Shown piece after piece: positions 50,701 through 57,297 of a stretch of 64,000 bases of DNA. The number at the start of each line of letters is the position of its first letter. Position 1 is the first letter of the stretch. The translations under genes were made by a program, and so were the position numbers. Origin of the DNA: Amphiscolops sp. MND2022 (lineage: Eukaryota); the NCBI GenBank assembly GCA_964187785.1, contig OZ076413.1:49850001-49914000 (forward strand), in the 5' to 3' direction. A model generated the notes under the pieces. It saw only the letters and a program-made list of their open reading frames with translations. It was not told the origin of the DNA and did no database searches.

Positions 50701-51969
50701 GGCTGTACAGCAACGTGTTATTATTACACATTGTGTAGCTTCGTGCGTAGCTTCGCGATAGCTTTCGCGATAGCTTTCGCGCATCATAGAGGTTGGTGCG
50801 AAGCTTCGTGAATTTTGCTTCATGGTAAAAACACTATTTTGCGGGAGCTTTCGCGAGAGCTGTCGCGATGATTTGTTTTCTAAAAAGTGCTTGCGAAGCC
50901 CTGCAAAATCAATGGTTTTGAGGACTTTAAATTTTTGGGGTTTTTGTAGTCTAAGTTGGAAAACCCCTGATTTTAATGATCTGTTTTGGAAAAATAGGCC
51001 CCTCCGGGGCTCAGTACTATTTCTGCTTTAATCTTTATTTTTTTAAAACAAAAAATCATTAATAAAAGAATCATATCTGGAATACCAATACACTCCTGTT
51101 TAATCATTACTTAGAGCACAATTAATCACTGTACAAGTTTACACCGCCTTTAATTCTTCTCGGACTAAAGAAAATATAACTAAGCGTAGACGAAGTTTCG
51201 CATTCGCATTTGAATGCAGGCGAAGCTCTCAACGAACGAATAATTAACACTCATTCGCTTCATCTCAATGACGTCAGCATACGAATGGATAATTACCACT
51301 CGCTCGTTCTATCGCACTAGAATTGAATTGTTGTCGGCAGCTTTCCCACGCTTACACTCACTGCCGAACAAAATATCTGAATTATTCAGTAGGACGAAAT
51401 TTGACGACTGAAAAAAAAAAAGGACCAACTTTGAGGTTACAATAACATTCCTGCTAAAGCAGAAATATTAAAAATGCCTTAAAATCAGGGGATTTTTTGA
51501 TCTTTTAATTTTTGAGTTTTTTGTGGCCCGTATCGGGAATCCCCATACTACTCAGGTAGAATATGATTTAACATTATTATATTTGATTATCAAAAGATTT
51601 GATTATCAACAGCGAACCTGAATACTGCTTCTCGTCGTCACTGTCGAATTCACTAGGTAGCATGTTATAATCGCCGCCAGCGTTGCTTCCTTCTACATTT
51701 TCTGTGTCAGCGTAAGCATCGCCAATTTCGCTATTAGGTGCATCTGTGTTACTTTTGTTCACCACAGTTTCCAGAGCGGCTTCATTTTCCGTTATCTGCT
51801 CTCCGTCAGGAAATTGATCTATTTTGTCATCATTAGCTCGAGCCTCGTCTGGTTTATCCAAATCTTTAACTGCTTCTTGTTCGGGCGTATTGCCAATTTC
51901 TTCATCAGAATCGGCGTAGCTAGCTAAGGATGATATGCCCAAAGTGGTAGCAGTTTCTTCTAAACTCAT
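23762..51969 (-). CDS. SAP30BP: SAP30-binding protein (HCNGP family), ~408 aa, with a 25.4-kb first coding intron
   Basis: Exons 51969-51618, 26205-25897, 25620-25525, 25454-25332, 24598-24411 and 23920-23762 are GT-AG and phase-compatible (1227 nt). Motifs SSLASYADSDEE, GGLVSYA, LPPMPRKRCS, YRNPSIYEKL, GTNFPKSVFNP..AYYDELARIQ, RKSKWD. Confidence 0.9.
26275..26682. mobile_element. piggyBac-like MITE
   Basis: TTAA|CCCTAAATGGA ... TCCATTTGGG|TTAA: imperfect TIRs with CCC/GGG ends flanked by TTAA. Confidence 0.6.
27730..29300 (-). pseudogene. Decayed non-LTR retrotransposon RT fragment (boundaries approximate)
   Basis: Minus-strand remnants GFRKHKST (~29210) and SFDLEKAF (~29120) amid many stops and frameshifts. 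Confidence 0.55.
33136..35160. repeat. Tandem array of a ~870-bp unit (~2.3 copies) built from dispersed-repeat pieces
   Basis: CCTTGGTAAACGTAATATAAG recurs at ~33136, ~34008 and ~34877; near-identical units. Parts also match 52930-53500 and, inverted, 18460-18800. Confidence 0.92.
35434..36141 (+). repeat. Left terminal inverted repeat (~700 bp)
   Basis: Reverse complement of 50365-51552 apart from two 12-bp indels and the insertion at 50996-51469. Confidence 0.95.
35869..36121 (+). ncRNA. Candidate Pol III-transcribed structured RNA in the left TIR
   Basis: TTATATAA at about -28, A box TAGCCTAGTGG (35876-35886), imperfect B box GGTTCACTTC (35930-35939), GGC-TTCG-GCC hairpin, and a terminal 12-bp hairpin followed by the first T4 run (36118-36121). 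Confidence 0.45.
36162..36986 (+). CDS. Polinton hypothetical protein, 274 aa (helical/coiled-coil)
   Basis: Intact ORF with AATAAATG start; no motif recognised. Confidence 0.8.
   Translation: MYETPSLHKFGYSSEQLKLREYQELKDMIKSQEKLAQITHSKLKEDLQRDFENDIENQEKLIEEKMLDAVAIAKGHQTLDPQEIQDVLLNTKLMNDIYSQFSDISKTINKLEQNMKKSFAEQRTALVNEVLNLIHNNSFEMLTVRNLKFMSQVGQAGMILNEDEINKIFNSLDQNKITITNNIIQLLYDKGLFDSFPNKDQAFANYLTFSESYLKEKYGKTIPTSDGEYYLSDLEYSTRQSILESLKKDSYKDLVDMKHRMKLTPTEINFILYD
36990..37712 (+). CDS. Polinton membrane-associated protein, 240 aa (LYPxL motif, hydrophobic hairpin between coiled coils)
   Basis: MEQKLYPSL; GIIVIGTTSASISLSITGVGIIVVPIAAGVGCTTGILV; ATAN repeats. Confidence 0.8.
   Translation: MEQKLYPSLTPSTANATASPPTPYDVESMINKRLQSELQKVNSFNNSIQNISLMMKYYEMEEKKYKQKYNKYKLINNLINSLDGIIVIGTTSASISLSITGVGIIVVPIAAGVGCTTGILVKICSSYLKKKEQNYKLKYTIIQKTLDDFRQLYVASLKDNCIDEKEYHRFVTQFENYQATANAKANATANATANTASQEIHTKSHKITASHTKSQVASRATANAASHTPPTIPLKPHNFL
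37825..41724 (+). CDS. polB: Protein-primed family B DNA polymerase with N-terminal zinc fingers, OTU-like segment and inserted endonuclease VII-like domain
   Basis: Exonuclease YADFE and FHNFSGYD; polymerase YIDANNLYG, KLMNNAFFGKT, YMDTDS; CWLC..DHDHLTGKYRGAAHNKCN; three N-terminal CxxC..H..H fingers; DQYCFLWC..NHY. Confidence 0.97.
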   Translation: MENCSICNSDYKKAYKSDHLKSIKHLQKLNQYYCKKCNTFMPLSDKSNHLNSDEHKNKTKQQREATQIWCEDCGKYISNSRHFQSEIHTLRSQNNAINNTLHGVGTNVGTNVGTNVGTGVEIIVNEKTYIKLRVNPTNHLEEQINDLLKTSFFPRYKFQLSYLAKFSKIVNGEENVFHKWVKSDFNYNHMQSTFGRNPNVRTALHNILMQKLDDEQLEGSGFVLNGIVNVIMEVYKVNDIQASSWVELPEKYKNNKSIINIKNDDQYCFLWCILAHLFPVEDHKNRTSSYSMNLNKLILNGLEFPMKIKDIPKFENLNNLNVNVFELTKTVLTPIHINTNYDQPQIDLMLYQNHYCLITKLHCLLNKDSHMKWVCRRCLTAFSSQPVLFDHIERCIKQQPTNITFSWKDHLKFEDYHMKVPIPIRVYADFECINQPTDDREAAPQVLFKQIPIAVGFYIISPFGNKYCSYFGEPCTEGQQSAVTWFVNEMLTLENIASNYFETNLPLEITPEEEESFQQSKVCWLCENPLGEDKVRDHDHLTGKYRGAAHNKCNLNCKKKSSSFVPIFFHNFSGYDCHLIFEKFLAQAYKMGCEPKIIPKSMENYVSVQVGCLRFLDSYRFLSSSLQKLITSLNDFPYMQNEGLTDDLFKKKLAYPYEKFNLNNLREATRKATHEPLNLNLTKEDYWSTLNQSYPCEDDIKRTQQLIDTYNITTAQELTMLYLKMDVLQLTDVFENFVETSTLMYGINPLYSYSLPGYTWKAGLKLTKIKLDFIKDKQLLLLLENNIRGGISSVMGPRFIESNENTKLLYIDANNLYGWAMSQYLPTSEFEKLDFPEGYTLEQIVKDLRFIPDNNEYGYFIECDMIYPAEIKEKTENFPLCPYQTKADPNLFSEYMNSVKQPNYKPTEKLMCDLTNKYNYMMHYRMFKFYTQIGMKVTKIHTIYRFKQSLWLEKYINHNTQKRTKAKTNFEKDLYKLMNNAFFGKTMENVRERTNLEFIPHTNIDQIIKRQSKLSFKGIVNHYSEFSIYKFDKEKVIFDKPIYLGFSVLELSKLFMYEFYYHKLQPYYGDKIKLHYMDTDSFILSIKTGDLINDLEYFKDDFDFSELDPSHELYNSINKKVIGKMKIETSPIIELDNFVALRSKSYSFSYGSAQKLTQEAKQRTIQKSKQKGIQHTPIYSQFINSLFNSETTTATNYSIRSNAHNLTVQKQDKLALNPFDDKRMYLNPIQSLSWDKHTQKGDCPCILCIKLVGLYYAELSTRDGKPIRDEELYYNIWTLKEKLNHQDLLNLISDRAYLL
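41846..43126 (-). CDS. Major capsid protein (double jelly-roll)
   Basis: 426 aa; SYISLEFEV, NFGPISLFSEAKL, PTFVIVGFQ, EKYP, YPLFVFDLSKQ..IRLEFKF resemble Polinton/adintovirus MCPs; size and context fit. Confidence 0.85.
   Translation of the reverse strand: MSNNAALHTDMFSLKNKYTLEKPIHKINFIKYNPSSLATINNTNSNTTISFPREDAYICLQNSYISLEFEVLKNNNTRYADGDEISLVNFGPISLFSEAKLTSSGKHLEKVDNLHLISLMYKLLTSTKSTSELLYGFEESTSVRRQELTNNKNEKGTFFVRIKLKDLFGFADQEKITYGLGYTLTLKRNNNNDAILRSVGVDAAKVVIKDIGWYIPHYVPSLENQQFVMDQILNKDPTEIFFTERIIFRKDVNTNSNWTFELGSAGGNSNNGGSYRESCPTFVIVGFQARNKIDSQVHDNSVFDRLPISNAVCKIGSEKYPDDGIECDYDRDKYDQAYSEIENFYHLHSETHLLNPFIDLHKFRTKYPLFVFDLSKQKDQIASQPIRLEFKFNAAIDVANFVAYALVLTPKLISISSDGQRHFDLI
43197..44087 (-). 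CDS. int: Retroviral-type (rve) integrase, no chromodomain
   Basis: DDE triad WSIDLID / WSDRGKEF / VERFNRTL; GYTTNW; YYEQEL. Confidence 0.95.
   Translation of the reverse strand: MNQKKKEIVKEIFSPVIKKFQRIQIQTHYKDECWSIDLIDRSSLSKYNKNYKFVFTIIDNHTKYAWAIPLKDKSGKSTTAALKGLIEKEKRKPHKIWSDRGKEFYNTTFLHYLKEQNIQIYSTHSDLKAVFVERFNRTLLDLIKEPMYIEGKGNWLNHLDAALQKYNNRVHGTTKMTPIEATKLHSKKPIDPPTFVNKPKQPCDSYRSFAKFQVGDFVRVPDKRNIYSKGYTTNWNRELFKIHSINKTNPVTYTLNDENGDIIQGKYYEQELLRSIFDFDSNNKTLESMNIFHKFE
44122..45303 (+). CDS. A32/FtsK-like ATPase 1 with N-terminal transmembrane helix
   Basis: FIAYLIIFIVIIVVIYW hydrophobic helix; Walker A GSSGSGKT, Walker B VVLDD, RYGRH. Confidence 0.85.
   Translation: MNNDYKYYRNNDQGVSTGVGTGVGTGDGANKLYWYQKTQLYKVITNPMFIAYLIIFIVIIVVIYWNYIRPMFFKRIYKKLLQFDGFKYSHLTNQEGEATIEESTHTASHSNTHSNTHFIIYGSSGSGKTSFLKHYLAQVPRFYVVFGRDEREFPSQNFVPLLQLEKVNIELLANKIVVLDDAGAYKNLKTKVEDLFRYGRHLNIVVIYLAHYAKDVLPVVRENCFKIYLTINNPDNFFESIVQTYGFKDAIRDGFNWKYYRDQLEFGIIEFDTRSQKYKVLNNKYKLIYDSSKRSEWSPEDYVAYESYFFTGDEYNKLKIFLEAMSDQTIEITPHNIAYYYVFYCKQNNIKVNESKIDNYVQRMQKPLISDSVKESFKNLIYEHAKSFTKNKL
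45316..45630. repeat. Short direct and inverted repeat cluster (TAGTGATTATT / CTCTAA-TTAGAG)
   Basis: 11-bp TAGTGATTATT repeats, then inverted CACTAA/CTCTAA copies, then direct copies again; non-coding gap between the two ATPase genes. Confidence 0.85.
45642..46683 (+). CDS. A32/FtsK-like packaging ATPase 2 with N-terminal zinc fingers; two single-A frameshifts in this sequence
   Basis: Walker A GPSFCGKT, Walker B VVFDD, TRGRH, CQSYF, RNNSN. ATAAATG start at 45642. Adding one A at ~45705 and one at ~45865 fuses three frames and completes CEFC..HIKKQH. Confidence 0.85.
46672..47757 (-). CDS. Conserved Polinton/adintovirus-type structural or core protein, 361 aa
   Basis: LEEVFEPVT near the N-terminus; TGSGL followed by the C-terminal helical motif FLPSDPDELVDKLKLL..GND..EEIIAIIDKL, a pattern recalled from Mavericks. 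Confidence 0.7.
   Translation of the reverse strand: MYSIHTRDDLEKLKKLQETKSLIFKERLKEKLGKQDFHYDLEEVFEPVTTKQVESNEKQIQALHDSTREASRAASQTVQAIKNQTQAIRESSNALNKNLQKSIKEGIQEYDEITNRNNQLLTSLVTSNQVDSSIVKTVSNLLNDKNKSQFSLEPFIQDYPNIFIINPHNPQQVLIKGSTMTFENGNSYNLNDPDLQHFITNTKFDKQINNWEPIYNFLNDMKYDLNYGDKKSYRYQFIKELYKYMQGFTQGYVGSSATANATANATAPTQDYTQGFTGSGLRDSYREYSRSSTQQYIFLPSDPDELVDKLKLLYFEKVGGNDSFLINEEIIAIIDKLLEYECISPSQHQNIRSSTQSNLIT
47784..48326 (-). CDS. Basic core/membrane-lytic-like precursor with N-terminal zinc ribbon, 180 aa
   Basis: YCVGC..GNCVVC; GEG|LGDFFKHLGSAAKNVGKKIL amphipathic helix; repeated GxG motifs; Lys/Ala-rich tail. Confidence 0.7.
   Translation of the reverse strand: MSYNKFINNSYCVGCKHYSPTTNVHGEITNTGIQMGRPVHTLRGNCVVCNRNKSLIVSERTIDGEGLGDFFKHLGSAAKNVGKKILNNPARALEIAANIGTAAASKNPRLIAATAPDVIKFVHQGKGLYKAEALSGKGGSYRSKAGKAAGNASGSKAANTSNTNRKARTNGKGLYLGKIH
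48356..49666 (-). CDS. Minor capsid protein (penton, single jelly-roll) with large internal insertion
   Basis: WMMGVTSLEVYNTVYNIT..NN, PGVYEL, VHLKCDCVDGSIVNG..ILFSF..PPGYKI..P..Y, DFNGE. Confidence 0.8.
   Translation of the reverse strand: MDLSSFVTYDKKESLLLSIAKSNQEIVENTHSKPQETLEFKMTKQKESFSFDVPLLLPEKWMMGVTSLEVYNTVYNITEKNNKLQIILNDQQLKELKLDSGLILFVEDLYVTYFGKPYTLSEYNEFVEKANKLITNSYSKKNKLTRMDFDYLTKIVKSLNELYNNRLNQETINQEKLKQEQSLAKLNRERIIKEYKDHLKQAKINWKEIKWEEIILEDEASHTAPHEVNQTTQGNHEDDEDDEVNQINQANQINQINLPPFDIVENDFFEIYLTPGVYELVDINNAIKQKINESDYDFKFDLIPDTISMKSVLTTSNNIQFNSKLNTVLGFTHTVYPPGTHTSEKPVMITTTDKVHLKCDCVDGSIVNGIREQILFSFNLSAPPGYKIIKEPTTVLYKSINKTRLDTIQFFLEDSNHDSVDFNGETLTFTIQIIKI
49736..49843 (-). pseudogene. 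Small basic ORF (35 codons) with an in-frame TAG at codon 7
   Basis: TAATAAATG start overlaps the protease stop (ATGA); reads MKKIKN*KPHKKTLSKDRQEFINNISASGFKQFNL and fills the protease-penton gap. Confidence 0.5.
49840..50289 (-). CDS. Adenain-like cysteine maturation protease
   Basis: His-Asp-Gln-Cys order: GTHWV, YFDSYG, QIQ, SYCAAYC. Confidence 0.9.
   Translation of the reverse strand: MAQLRNYLSFKEFVEKYGLKNEATSNVKIKEILDRLGASGEINTVCGQSCAIYMRDDKFNTTSGIVNLHPSVGTHWVMFTNQNYFDSYGCPPPTNILNHIKNGIYSEYQIQTNDSYCAAYCLYTLYLTNKIGFKNAVLNLYYQTFKLNK
50373..50625 (-). ncRNA. Second copy of the candidate Pol III RNA (right TIR)
   Basis: Reverse-complement copy of 35869-36121. Confidence 0.45.
50996..51469 (-). 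mobile_element. Non-autonomous Helentron/DINE-like element, family B, inserted in the right TIR
   Basis: Absent from the left TIR; 13-bp subterminal IR TATTTCTGCTTTA (51018-51030) / TAAAGCAGAAATA (51455-51467); GCCCC-TCC-GGGGC hairpin; inserted in a T5 run. Confidence 0.8.
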
Positions 51970-54112
51970 GATGACCTGAAAAAGACTGAGTCTCTGTACT
52001 TTTCGACAGCACTTCACGTGCGATTCTCTACTATTCAGAAACATTGTGATTTGTTCTTCAGAACAAGAATTTTGAGAGTTTCTCGAAAAAAAGTTGACAG
52101 AATTTAAGTGTTCAGTAGCACCAATAAGACTTTTCAGACTACTTTTTAGATTAAATCAGCGGGTAGCATATTTGAGGCCCGAAGCTAATGTAATTTGAGG
52201 CCAGAAATTATTAAAACTGAGGCCCGATGAGTTTGTTCTTTTTAAACACAAATGTGCTTGGAAATTAGTCAAGGATAGGAACTGCAATACATGTGCTGTC
52301 TCAATTCAATTCTTTTGTTTAGTTTTCGGGCCTCATTGAACAATTCATTCTTCTTTTGTTTGTTTAGTTTTCTACTAGCATAGATTTTTCGGGCCTCAGA
52401 TAACATTTCATTATCGGGCTTCAGTTTTTCGGGCCTAAATAAGCGTTCCCAAATCAGCAACATGAAGGAAAAGCACTGAGCATAATTTTAAAAATTTGCG
52501 CTTTTTAAGCCTTAAGCGGGCGCCGACTTTAGGCATTTCCCACCTTTTTAATCTTGAATTCTAACATGTCAACATAATTTACGAGCTTTGGAGAGTTATC
52601 ATATATATTTCTGAGATAATCGATTTTGAGATTTGCCGATATACATATCGAGGTTTTTCTCATTTTGGCCTTTGCTAAGAATTTTGAAAAATTTCAAATT
52701 GTTTCGACTGAGTTCTCTGAATCCTCTGATATATTTCAATATCCTTGAAGCCATTTTGAATTAGGATAGAAAGCAGGCTCAATAACGAGACACTTTCGAA
52801 GGAGAACCATTTTGACATTCAAGAAATTAATTCTTTTTTATACTCGCGAAAAAGTACGTCAGACTCAAAATTTCAGAAAAATTCCGAGATCAAATCAACT
52901 TGAAATGGAATGAGTTTAAGTGTGTAAAAAATCATACTGTCGGGTTTTAGGAGTCAATATGCCGAGAGTTGAACAAAATAGAAAAGGTAATAAACCAAAA
53001 GCTTTGTACGGGATAGACATCTGCCCTGAATCTTTTTACAGATGGGTATCAAAAATTTCGTGATTTGGGTTTTGCAAAAGAATTCTCCTTCCTGATTGGG
53101 TTGTAACCCAAATTCTCGAATTGTTTTGGGACGCTAGTGGTTACTTCATTTGATGTGTGGCACTCTTTTCAAAAATGTACATCTTCCTTGGCAGATGCAC
53201 CGTGCATCGACAACTTTAAACAAGCCGGAACCGGCCCAAGTCGGCGCCGTATCTAAGGCTCAAAAATAGCAAAAGGAGTTCAAAGTGTCGAAGTATTCTC
53301 TTCTACAGTACCTGAAAAACCCAAAAAGTTGGACCGGGCTGGTTTGTCTGTTGCCCGGGCTGGGGGCACATGATGAATAAAGAAGCGTTTTTTTAAAACG
53401 CTGGTTGATGACGATGGACCGAATAGGCGCGCCCTTTCGCATTTTTTAACAAGTCTCACAAGGAAAAAAGTCTCACAATGACAAAAAACTGAAAGGAAAC
53501 CAGGGATTGGAATTATGGTATGGCCATATAAATGGTACCTGAAAAAGACCCCCCATAAATATCTCCATTTTTGAAGGAAGCCATAAATAATGGTCATAAT
53601 GGCCATATATATGGTGTCAAAAAACAAGAGACAAATGATGAATTGAATCAAACATTTCCGAAAACTTCAAACACTGTTCACGACAAGCAAGAGAGTTTCG
53701 ACAGGTGCGTGGAATCAGGTCTAATGAAATAGATCTAAGAGATTGGAAGTTAGAGAAACCCAATGCAGCTTCATCATCGTTTTTAAAGCAGGGACCGGTT
53801 CTGGAGAGAGGAGTACGAACGACTTGTGGCCCGTTTCAACGTCAGCATTGAAATGACTGGCTTCCTGTTGAGTTCTGAAGCGCCCCAGGTGAACTTTCTC
53901 TGCCAGTTTCAGATCTTCATAAGGGACAGTGAAAGATTCCGCTTACGCCAATACTGCTTGCTCTTTGGTTTTTGACTTCCTCTACTCATCTTCCCAGGAG
54001 TCTTTGTGAACATTTTTCAAGTGACTCATCAAATTTGTATATTCTTTCTTGCCTGGTTGTTTCACCCTCTTGTTGCAGGTGCACTTGAACATATCATCAC
54101 CGAGAGGGGTAA

Positions 54113-54118
<6 letters not shown>

Positions 54119-54155
<37 letters not shown>

Positions 54156-56737
54156 GCTTAATTCCATCAGCAATGGATTAAAGTGAACGCAAATGTATGA
54201 CTTATGCACGACAAAATGAACAAAAACATTTGACAAAATGTGAGCACGAATTATTCAAATCGTAAAAATCATATGTTCTGGCTAAGAGGTATTTAGATAG
54301 GGAATGTTTCAACGTTGTCAAGGACATGTCAAACGAAATGATTTTCAGCCGTATGAGTTCGTTAGCAGCACGTGTTGATCGGATGAAAAAGTTGTCATCA
54401 GTAGAAATTTTGCGCGAAGAAGGAATCTGAAACAGCCCGATTGAAGAGGATCGTGTTGGCAAGGAAACAGAAGGGATGCTACAATGCACATCGATAGCTC
54501 CATTACAGAGTTTCCAAAGAAAAACGATGTCATCTCTGATCAGGCAGTAACACACTGGAAGCATCTTGAGAAATTGAAGGCCTGAAACATACGAAGAGCA
54601 ATTAGTTATCCAGCGAAGGGGGACCGCAACTAAGGTCTAAGGAATAAGATCTAAAGAAATTTCGTAACTAAGATCTAAAGAACTAAGATCTAAAAAGCAT
54701 GCACCGTAACTAAGGTCTAAATTGAATTAAAATAACGTCTAAGGAATAATGTGGGGTCATATACGGTGTATGCACGCTCGCCCTCACCGTCGCAAAGACC
54801 AGCTCCCACTACGATCGCTTCGCGATCTCCGTTCCCGCTAGGTCTTTGCTCCTGTTCGACCTCGCTTAGCAAGATGGGAACATAAGCGGCCCCAAGGGGC
54901 CGCAGGGCACTAGAAGAGATGGGGACATATCTGAGGCACGTTTTATACTTTAAAGCATTTTATACTTTACCCGTAACATTTAAAAAATGGGAATAACGGA
55001 AATTAAAACGGGAATAACGTCTGAAATTTAGACTTTCGGTACGATTCGGGAGCTGGCATTCTCTAGATCTTAGTTACGAAAAATGACATTTAGATCTTAG
55101 TTCTTTAGATCTTAGTTACAGAAGTGCGTTTCGATCTTATTCCTTAGATCGTAGTTTGTGCCCACCCAGCGAAGAACTTTATACTGAAACAATTCGAGTT
55201 GATGTAACATAGTTAAAGAAGGAGACCAGGCAGGGGCACCGTAAAGTAAAATAGGCAGGATAAGGGATTTGTAAAGAAGGAATTTTCTACTACTAGAAAC
55301 ACAGAAGGGAATACTACGTTTGAGGAAGCCGAATATTCTGTTGCATTTAAGAAGTTTCGATTCAACATGAGGTTTCCATGATAAAGAGCGGGATACAATA
55401 AAACCCAAATCTTCGATCTGATTGACAAATGGCAAGTATTCGGCCCCAAGCAGAAATTGTGCAGACTCATCATGGCCTCCAAAATTGAGAGCTTTACATT
55501 TTTCAGGGTGGAATTGGAGACCGTTAAGGTTACTCCAGTCAAGCAGTGCGTTGATGTCATCTTGCACAAGCGAATTGGGAGAAGTGCTGAAAATTTTGAG
55601 ATCGTCGGCGAAAAGGTAAAAAGAACAGTTCTCCACATTATCGGCAATATCGTTAACAAACAGTAGAAAAAGCAAAGGGCCAAGCACGCTGCCCTGAGGC
55701 ACTCCTGAAGTAACAGGTAGGTGAGAAGATAGAGTTTGATTTATTTTCACACATTGAGAACGATTGGTTAGATAGGAGTGAATTAGGTGAAGGAATTCCG
55801 AGTCAAATCCAAAATTGGCCAGCTTAGACAAAAGTTTGATGTGAGGTACAGAATCGAATGCTTTCCTTATATCCAAATAAACAGATACGGCAGAAGAGTT
55901 GGTGTCACGAGAAGAGTAAACCGCATCCAAGTACATTATCATTTGGCTTACTGTACTGCGCGATTTCATAAATCCATGTTGCTCGAGCTTTATTAGATGC
56001 CTTATTTTAGGGTAGATGTTATTAAACAATATCCTTTCTAGTATTAAGGAAAGTTTAGGCAAGATGCTGATGGGACGGTAGTTTGCAATATCATTATGTG
56101 CACCAGATTTGTGTAAAGGAGTAACGTGAGCTTGTTTCCAGATATCTGGCCAATGTTGGTTTTTCAAAATCCAATTAAAGAGCTCAAAGACCGGTGTGCA
56201 TAATATGTTTGAACACTGGTGAAGCAGAAAAGAGGGAATACCATCAGCACCCACTGCATTGGAATCATCACTACATTCCAACAAATATCGGACATCAGAC
56301 AATGATAAAGAGAGGTCACTTAGTTTGATGGTAGGCACTTCACATTGTAGAGGAGCCGAGTGGGCAACATTTTCGTTGAAGACAGAAGCAAAGAACCTGT
56401 TGAAAGCCAAGGCTATATCAAAGTCGGTGTGAAAGGATTCATTGCCAAGAATCATGACGGACGGAACTGAAGAGCTGAATCCTAAACATCTCAGCAGCTT
56501 GAAACAATGTCGAGTTGAAGAAAGGTCAAACTGAATAACAAAAATTTCTTTATCCATTTCTATAGAATTGGAGAGAGATGTGTTGAGATCTCTAAGTTTG
56601 ATAGCCAATAGAAACGACGCGTCGTTTTCAAATTTTCTTAACGTACTCTCTTTTTGGTTAGTAAGATGAACAGTATGTGATGAATAGAACGGGGGCAGTT
56701 TTTTTCGAATAGCACGTTTAATTTTAATTGAATTAAC
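54119..56737 (-). mobile_element. 5'-truncated LINE (CR1/L2-like RT) with (TC)n 3' tail
   Basis: NYRPISIL, YLDIRKAFDSV, SGVPQGSVLGP, LFADD; 7-bp TSD AAGAAGA (54112-54118 and 56738-56744); the ORF continues across the MITE to ~54202. Confidence 0.9.
54619..55165. mobile_element. Mutator-like MITE inserted in the LINE
   Basis: 9-bp TSD CCAGCGAAG (54610-54618 and 55166-55174); imperfect long TIRs built of AACTAAGATCTAA units. Confidence 0.8.
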
Positions 56738-57297
56738 AAGAAGAAGTCTACAACAGATTTGTTTTGCAGATCCATGACCCTATCTGAAAAAAGCATACGA
56801 AATGAATTTCCCGAGAAAAGAAAAATATGATGCCATTATGGCAGAGCTACCATACATAATGGCCATTTTTTGCAGTGCAGCCATAAATAATTTCCATAAA
56901 TTCATGGCCATATATGGTTATGGCCATTATGGAGTTCCAATCCCTGAAGGAAACCCTTGGGCATTTTTCAACATCAATTCTGTCGCAAAACCCTGTAGTC
57001 TCTCCCGGTATTGCATGTTATGCGGAAAAAGAGGAAAAACCTTTTGGGTTCAATTCGCTAGGCCAAATTCAGATATCATGGATCTTCGTCATCAGTCAAG
57101 TGCCATGTGTATCACACACCCGTGGTCTGCAACAAAAGTAGGGAACCCCATACTAGCCACTATCCCAGTAGCAAAAAAAAACAACCAACAAACTACTCAT
57201 ACCAGCCACTATCCCAGTCGACCGGTAGAAATTTTTAATAGCTACAATGATATAGAGGTTTAAAAAAATAAGATATAAGTAAAAAATTCCTTCCAAC

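Larger units (their letters stand above)
35434..51552. mobile_element. Complete Polinton/Maverick (adintovirus-like endogenous DNA virus), 16119 bp
   Basis: Termini AGTAGT..ACTACT, 6-bp TSD CAGGTA (35428-35433 and 51553-51558), long TIRs; pPolB, rve integrase, capsid, penton, protease and ATPase genes. Confidence 0.97.
50365..51552 (-). repeat. Right terminal inverted repeat, interrupted by a 474-bp insertion
   Basis: Matches the left TIR at 50365-50995 and 51476-51552. Confidence 0.95.
53501..56946 (-). mobile_element. Internally deleted hAT DNA transposon
   Basis: TIR CAGGGATTGGAA / TTCCAATCCCTG, 8-bp TSD AAGGAAAC; empty site visible at ~33911 and ~34781. BED-finger remnant MDLQNKSVVDFF|FTPLGDDMFKCTC..NLMSHLKNVH is split by a LINE. 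Confidence 0.88.

Noticed and set aside
50990..51475. 6-bp TSD AAAAAT around the TIR insertion
   Set aside because: The sister copy also has A/T runs at both ends with the same terminal bases, so these are better read as element ends in a T-run target.
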